This document shows positions 59,246 through 64,000 of a stretch of DNA of 64,000 nucleotides, piece after piece. A model generated the notes under the pieces. It did no database searches. It saw only the letters and a program-made list of their open reading frames with translations, and was not told the origin of the DNA. The stretch comes from Actinomycetes bacterium. GTDB lineage: Bacteria > Actinomycetota > Acidimicrobiia > Acidimicrobiales > JAJYXR01. A program made the position numbers and the translations under genes. How positions within the stretch are numbered: the first letter of the stretch is position 1; every line of letters starts with the position of its first letter. The DNA lies in the NCBI GenBank assembly GCA_021801795.1, contig JAJYXR010000028.1, positions 21,429 to 85,428 of the forward strand, written 5' to 3'.

Positions 59246-60717
59246 TCCGGCCCTAGGCCCAGCACTGCTTCCTCGCCGCGCAGCAGCCATGTCCAGGCGA
59301 GCATGTCCAGCGGGTAGAGGAGGTAACCGACCCGGGTGGCCGGCGCCAGCAGTATCGCAGCCAGGGACGCCCAGGCCATGAACCAGGCGGCGTCCCCAGG
59401 GGTGCGAGGCGGGTGCTTCATCAGCAGGCGCCCTATCACCACGCAGCCGACGAGCGCCAGCACGATCGTGTAGGGGCGGTGGAGCGCGGGAAGGGCGGTG
59501 ACGAGCAGGTGACCCGGTAGCGCGCTCGCGGCAGGCGAGTGGATGCCAGTCAGCCCGAGAGGGAACTTCACCACGTTGTCGAAGAAGGCACGGGGGTTGC
59601 GAAGCATCACCGGGAGCACGGCGGGCAGGGCCAGGACGCCCATGCCAGCCAACAGCCTTCCAATGGCGCGATGCCCCTTCGCGTCCCTGGCTACGAACAG
59701 TGCCAGAGCCGCAAGTGGCCACGCCGTGAACTTGAGCGACGCAGCCGCCCCGAGAGCGAGGCCGCCGCTGAAGGGTCTTCGCCGCTGGAGCAGGACGAGG
59801 CCCAACAGCATGAGGGCGACAACCGGGAGATCGTCCCCACCTGTGGCCAGAGGCAGGGCCGCCGTTGGCAGGACGGTCATCACCTGCAATGTGAGCACCC
59901 TGCCGCCTGCTGGTCCACGGCACATCGCGAGAGCCGCGATGACCACCAGGATCGTGATCAGGCTGAAGAGCACCCTCGCATCCGTGAGGCGCTGTGGAGC
60001 GCCGGTTCCACTGGGAAGGCCGAAGACAGCCATGCCGGGCAGGTATGGGAAATAGGTCTCGTAGGCAGGTTCCCCTCTTGGAACAGACGGCTTCGTTCCC
60101 TTCGCTGAGACCTGCTGGTAGAGCCCCTTGCCATGGAGGATCCGGCCCCCAGCCTGTTCCACCACCGCCACCTCCGGCTGTGCGTGGCTCAGGCCTCCCG
60201 AGTTGGCCTGCCACAGAACCTCCAGCGAGAGAGGCATGAGCGTGGCCCCACATAGGACGACCAGGAACACCGCTACCCTCGCGCCCGTCCAATGGGCCCT
60301 GCCGTCCTGGCTGGAACGCATCGCGCCACTGGACGAGCCCGATTCCATGGGGTCAGCTACCGGCTGACGACCACGGCCTCCGGCCTCCACGACATCAGAG
60401 GGGCTCGCCGAACCGGTTTGCCTGACGGCTGACAGCCTGGACGCCCCAGCCTTCTCATCCAGCAGGTCGCGCTGGTCGACTGAGCGATGGCGGTGAGCCA
60501 TCCAGGCGGAGACGACGGCCCCGAGCGCGTAGGGACCGACGGCGAGCTTTCCCCACTGTTGGTAGAGGGGAATGGAGGACCACAGGGTCGTCAGCCCGGC
60601 AAAGAGGGCCGAAGCAGAGTAGAGGACCGCATCGCGCTCTTCGGGACTCCACCCGGCAGCCGTCTTCGCCCACTGCCGAAGCTTCCGGACGAGCATGCTC
60701 ATATCGTACGCTTCCAC
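59041..60717 (-). CDS. Polytopic membrane protein, GT-C-type glycosyltransferase-like (DUF2029/GT87-like)
   Basis: 558 aa with about 10 or more TM helices. The periplasmic-loop motif region ...YETYFPYLPGMAVFGLP... resembles polyprenol-phosphate-sugar-dependent glycosyltransferases. The family call is tentative. Confidence 0.45.
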   Translation of the reverse strand: MEAYDMSMLVRKLRQWAKTAAGWSPEERDAVLYSASALFAGLTTLWSSIPLYQQWGKLAVGPYALGAVVSAWMAHRHRSVDQRDLLDEKAGASRLSAVRQTGSASPSDVVEAGGRGRQPVADPMESGSSSGAMRSSQDGRAHWTGARVAVFLVVLCGATLMPLSLEVLWQANSGGLSHAQPEVAVVEQAGGRILHGKGLYQQVSAKGTKPSVPRGEPAYETYFPYLPGMAVFGLPSGTGAPQRLTDARVLFSLITILVVIAALAMCRGPAGGRVLTLQVMTVLPTAALPLATGGDDLPVVALMLLGLVLLQRRRPFSGGLALGAAASLKFTAWPLAALALFVARDAKGHRAIGRLLAGMGVLALPAVLPVMLRNPRAFFDNVVKFPLGLTGIHSPAASALPGHLLVTALPALHRPYTIVLALVGCVVIGRLLMKHPPRTPGDAAWFMAWASLAAILLAPATRVGYLLYPLDMLAWTWLLRGEEAVLGLGPDHSEAGTSNTSRVKAVVPADRELVPEASDAPEPALAPGPGVTEKAVGATVTPTSQYDPSLPGILPTTS

Positions 60718-60772
60718 CAGGGCTGCGGGCAGGCACTCACCACTCCGGTCCCCCCCCTTGGCCGGGGCGCTC

Positions 60773-62785
60773 TCAGCGCAGCTTTAGGATCCGCGTCAGG
60801 AAGTCGAGCTCCGCCTTCGCAGCGGCCTCTATGGTCTCAGCTCGTCGAAACCCGTGCCCCTCGCCTGCGAAGACCAGGTGCTCGCACTCCACACCTCGTT
60901 CTCGCAGAGCCTCCGCGATGGCGGCAGCTTGGGAAGGGAGCACCACCGGATCCTCGGCGCCCTGGAGCACCAGCACCGGCGCGCCTATGCGCTCGGGGTG
61001 ATAGGCGGGCGATCGCTCCAGATAGCGCCCTTGGCACTGCGGCCAGGGACCAACGAGGGTGTCGAGGTAGTGGGATTCGAACTTGTGGGTATCCCGGCCA
61101 AGCGCGGCCAGGTCGGTAACCCCGTAGGCCACCACTCCCCCTGCGAAGACCGTGGACGCTGCCATGGCCTCGAGCGCGGTGAAGCCCCCTGCGCTCGAAC
61201 CCTTCACCACCATCCTTCTGCCGTCCACGAGTCCCGAAGCTCCCAGCGCCTCCGCTGCCGCTATCACGTCCTCCACGTCCGCTATTCCCCACAGACCGTC
61301 GAGCATCTTCCTGTATGCGCGTCCGTAACCACTCGACCCCCGATAGTCCACCGTGGCAACCGCGAAGCCCCTGCTCGTGAAGAAGGCCACCGACGGGTCG
61401 AAAGCGATCTCTGCGTGCGAGGTGGGGCCACCGTGACATAGGAGGAGGAGCGGCGGCAGCTCGTCGGGCAGACCGGTGAAGCCAGGCGCGGTCGGCAGGT
61501 AGACCACGACGTTCCCTGTCCCCGGCATCGAGCGGGGCCTGGGTAGCCATGCAGGGTCGAGCACCGGAGCTGCCGGTGCAGAAAGCGCGCGCTCCGAGCC
61601 GTCCGCCAGGTCTATCGCCAACACGCACTGGGGCGAATCGACCGGAGTGCCGAGAATCACCAGGGTGTCGGAATCGGAGGCGACACCCCTGACGCTTCGG
61701 CAGGGCTGGGGCACCTCCGCCACCTCCCCCGTGATGGAGTCGAGTATGCCCACATGGTCGCCCTGGATGTCATGCCAGCGACACGCCAGTCTGGTCTCGT
61801 CGAGGGCCGCCATGGTCTGCTGCCCGAGAGACCAGTCGGGCTCGTGGAAATCCACCTCGAGACCCGATGCGCGCGCCACGGGGCCATCCGGGTCATCGGG
61901 GCGATACCGGTAGGGCTGCCACCAGCCGCGCTCATCTGAGACGAACCACAGGCTGCCGTCTGGCCCCCATGTAGGCTGGCCCACGGCCACCTGCTCGCCA
62001 CCAGCGACGAGATGCTGGTGCTCGAGCACGGGTGCGCAGGTGCCGTCTTTTCCTGCCGCCACGTAGGAAAGATCGGCCACCCAAAGCTCGCTCGAATCCC
62101 AGGGCATTGACGGGTGGTCCCAGCACATGAAGGCGACCCGCTTCCCGTCAGGGCTGGCGCGCCCGGCTGAGTAGAAGTCATGCCCTCGAGCCAGTGTCAC
62201 GACCCATTGCCCACTCGCCGCCTCGGCCTGTGCCCCCGGTCCGCTCGGGTCAGGCGAATCCCCCTCGGCCTGTGCCCCCGGTCCGCTCGGGTCAGGCGAA
62301 TCCCCCTCGCCAGCGGATCCTGGCGCGCTGCCCCCGCGCGGAGCGGCCAGGGAGATCGCCACCAGCTCGTTCGTGACGTGCTCGGGCTCGTGGCGCTCTC
62401 GGACCCCGAGCAGCCACGCTGCCCCTGGCACTGGCCACAGATCGCCGTAGCGATGCTGCTCGCCAGGAGCCGGCTCTGGCGTGAGCCTGACCCTCGAGCC
62501 GTCGTGGGTGAGCATCCAGGCCGCCTGCGAGCCCTGCTCGACGTATGCGAGCCCCTCTGCGCAGATGGCGAAGGCCCCGCCTCCGTACTCGTGAACCCGG
62601 CTGCGTACACTCGCGTCCGGCGGCGAGGCGTCCTCGCCAAGTCCGTCTCCGGCCGTCGGCTGCATGGCACTCGACGAGGAAAGAAGCGCTCGCAGCACCA
62701 CCTGGCGCCCAGATTGCTCGGGACGGCTCTCCAGCCACCAGGCAGCCCCTTGCCCCACTCGCAGTCCCGACAGGGACCTGCGCAT
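60773..62785 (-). CDS. S9-family serine peptidase (prolyl oligopeptidase / acylaminoacyl-peptidase type)
   Basis: 670 aa. An N-terminal beta-propeller-like region precedes the C-terminal alpha/beta hydrolase domain. The nucleophile elbow is ...VVKGSSAGGFTALEAM... and ...FAGEGHGF... is present. Confidence 0.8.
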   Translation of the reverse strand: MRRSLSGLRVGQGAAWWLESRPEQSGRQVVLRALLSSSSAMQPTAGDGLGEDASPPDASVRSRVHEYGGGAFAICAEGLAYVEQGSQAAWMLTHDGSRVRLTPEPAPGEQHRYGDLWPVPGAAWLLGVRERHEPEHVTNELVAISLAAPRGGSAPGSAGEGDSPDPSGPGAQAEGDSPDPSGPGAQAEAASGQWVVTLARGHDFYSAGRASPDGKRVAFMCWDHPSMPWDSSELWVADLSYVAAGKDGTCAPVLEHQHLVAGGEQVAVGQPTWGPDGSLWFVSDERGWWQPYRYRPDDPDGPVARASGLEVDFHEPDWSLGQQTMAALDETRLACRWHDIQGDHVGILDSITGEVAEVPQPCRSVRGVASDSDTLVILGTPVDSPQCVLAIDLADGSERALSAPAAPVLDPAWLPRPRSMPGTGNVVVYLPTAPGFTGLPDELPPLLLLCHGGPTSHAEIAFDPSVAFFTSRGFAVATVDYRGSSGYGRAYRKMLDGLWGIADVEDVIAAAEALGASGLVDGRRMVVKGSSAGGFTALEAMAASTVFAGGVVAYGVTDLAALGRDTHKFESHYLDTLVGPWPQCQGRYLERSPAYHPERIGAPVLVLQGAEDPVVLPSQAAAIAEALRERGVECEHLVFAGEGHGFRRAETIEAAAKAELDFLTRILKLR
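62221..62304 (-). repeat. 2 x 42-bp perfect in-frame tandem duplication inside the S9 peptidase gene (encodes EGDSPDPSGPGAQA x2)
   Basis: 62221-62262 and 62263-62304 are identical as read. A 5-bp start of a third unit follows. Confidence 0.95.
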
Positions 62786-62907
62786 CCCCGCCAGCCATCC
62801 CGGCCCGAAGGGAGATGGCCATGTCCCATACCCCCGTGCTACCGGCAGGTGCCCGAGATCTTCTTCGATGGCGAGTCCTCCGTTCTTCCCATGAAATAGG
62901 CTAGGCC

Positions 62908-63975
62908 ATGCATTCGGCAGGCTTTACGACACTGGATGGTGGGATCGAGGAGCCCTTCGAGGCCTACGTCGTCGAACGTATGGACGGCAGCATCGTCCAA
63001 GGCGTCAGAATGCTCGACGCCGACTCCTTGCCCCCCGGTGAGGTAACGGTCAGGGTCGAGTGGTCGGGCCTGAACCACAAGGACGCCATGGTGACAGAGG
63101 TGGGTAACCGTGTAGCCCGCATAAACCCGCTGGTCCCAGGAGTAGACCTCGCCGGCACCGTGGTGGAGAGCAGATCTGCCGAGCATCCTCTGGGCAGTCG
63201 CGTAATTGCCCATGGGTTCGACATCGGCGTCAGCCGCCACGGCGGCTTCTCCCGATACGCCAGGCTGCCAGCCCAGTGGGTGATCCCACTGCCCGCGGGG
63301 ATGAGCACACGTGAGGCAATGGTGGCGGGCACTGCCGGCTTCACCGCCGTAGCATCGGCCAACCTCATCGAGTCCCACGGGACCAGCCCTTGCGCGGGGC
63401 CAGTCCTCGTCACCGGAGCCTCAGGCGGGGTCGGGTGCTTCGCTGTAGCCGTGCTGGCATCCCGTGGCTTCGAGGTGGTGGCAAGCACCGGCAAGTCCTC
63501 GGAGGCGTCCTGGCTGAGGGAACTCGGCGCCGCGCAGGTCATCGGCCGGGAAGACCTAGAGATGGCCCCGGAGCGTGTCCTGGCACCCGAGACCTTCGCG
63601 GGAGCTGTCGACTGCGTAGGGGGACATACTCTGGCGCTCGTAGCTAGGAGCCTGTGCTATGGAGCCGCCGTGGCCGCGAGCGGCATCGTCGGCGGGTCTG
63701 CCCTCGAAGGAACCCTGTTCCCCTTCATCACCCGAGGGATAACCCTCTACGGGGTGGACACCGTGCTCACGCCCAGAGACGGGCGCGAGGCCATCTGGCA
63801 ACGACTCGGCGAGGATCTCTTCGGGATCGAGGGAAACCAGACCGCCGAGCTCACCGATCTACTGGTCGACAGAGAAACCGATCTGTCCGGCCTGCCAGTC
63901 GCGATCGGCGACCTGCTCAGCGGACACGTACGCGGCCGTGTTCTGGTACGTCCGACTACTTCCCCGAAGTCCTAG
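62908..63975 (+). CDS. YhdH/AcuI-type NADPH:quinone/acrylyl-CoA reductase (MDR superfamily)
   Basis: 355 aa. ...VTVRVEWSGLNHKDAMV...INPLVPGVDLAGTVVES... and ...VLVTGASGGVG... resemble E. coli YhdH. Confidence 0.75.
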   Translation: MHSAGFTTLDGGIEEPFEAYVVERMDGSIVQGVRMLDADSLPPGEVTVRVEWSGLNHKDAMVTEVGNRVARINPLVPGVDLAGTVVESRSAEHPLGSRVIAHGFDIGVSRHGGFSRYARLPAQWVIPLPAGMSTREAMVAGTAGFTAVASANLIESHGTSPCAGPVLVTGASGGVGCFAVAVLASRGFEVVASTGKSSEASWLRELGAAQVIGREDLEMAPERVLAPETFAGAVDCVGGHTLALVARSLCYGAAVAASGIVGGSALEGTLFPFITRGITLYGVDTVLTPRDGREAIWQRLGEDLFGIEGNQTAELTDLLVDRETDLSGLPVAIGDLLSGHVRGRVLVRPTTSPKS

Positions 63976-64000
63976 CTGCTGAAATCCTCGGGTCTTACCT

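Noticed and set aside
59186-60292. 368-aa minus-strand ORF in an alternate frame of the GT-C-like gene
   Set aside because: It is Arg/Gly/Pro-rich, whereas the other frame gives regular TM helices.

Overview
This is a densely coding, high-GC window (about two-thirds G+C by eye, not computed) of actinobacterial type. I support about 44 protein genes. I found no rRNA, tRNA, CRISPR array or recognisable mobile element. All family calls rest on reading motifs in the supplied translations and on synteny; no search was run.

Left third (0-16 kb, mostly minus strand): a DUF4193 protein, a double-length ThyX-like protein, a HelY-like helicase, tatC, a TatB-like gene and lepB. These are followed by a complete Pup-proteasome locus in mycobacterial order (mpa/arc, dop, pup, prcB, prcA, pafA), then a ferredoxin, trmI and small membrane proteins.

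Middle (17-38 kb): nagA, a pentose-phosphate operon tkt-tal-gnd-zwf, a membrane GGDEF cyclase, fused FO synthase fbiC, a long LOG-family protein, an acyl-CoA ligase, an SLT transglycosylase, a phosphotriesterase-family hydrolase and gltBD.

Right third (39-64 kb) is the unusual part. Two giant paralogous secreted sedolisin (peptidase S53) genes of 2165 and 1871 aa flank a thiOSGD operon. In both, the S53 catalytic domain appears split between the oxyanion Asp and the catalytic Ser by a large array of about 47-aa cysteine-pair repeats: 21 repeats in one and 14 in the other, both multiples of 7. Both end in an Ig-like module and 2 or 3 copies of an uncharacterised 'DTR' module; the two copies in the first gene are a recent, roughly 96 % identical 489-bp tandem duplication. 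Next come two Tat-lipoprotein phosphoesterase paralogs, hypothetical membrane proteins, a GT-C-like membrane protein, an S9 peptidase and a YhdH/AcuI-type oxidoreductase.

A recurring theme is short, nearly perfect tandem repeats with periods divisible by three (27, 24, 18, 42, 12, 15 bp). Several sit in the N-terminal tails of membrane proteins. Start codons are often uncertain because stop-poor GC-rich DNA extends the ORFs.
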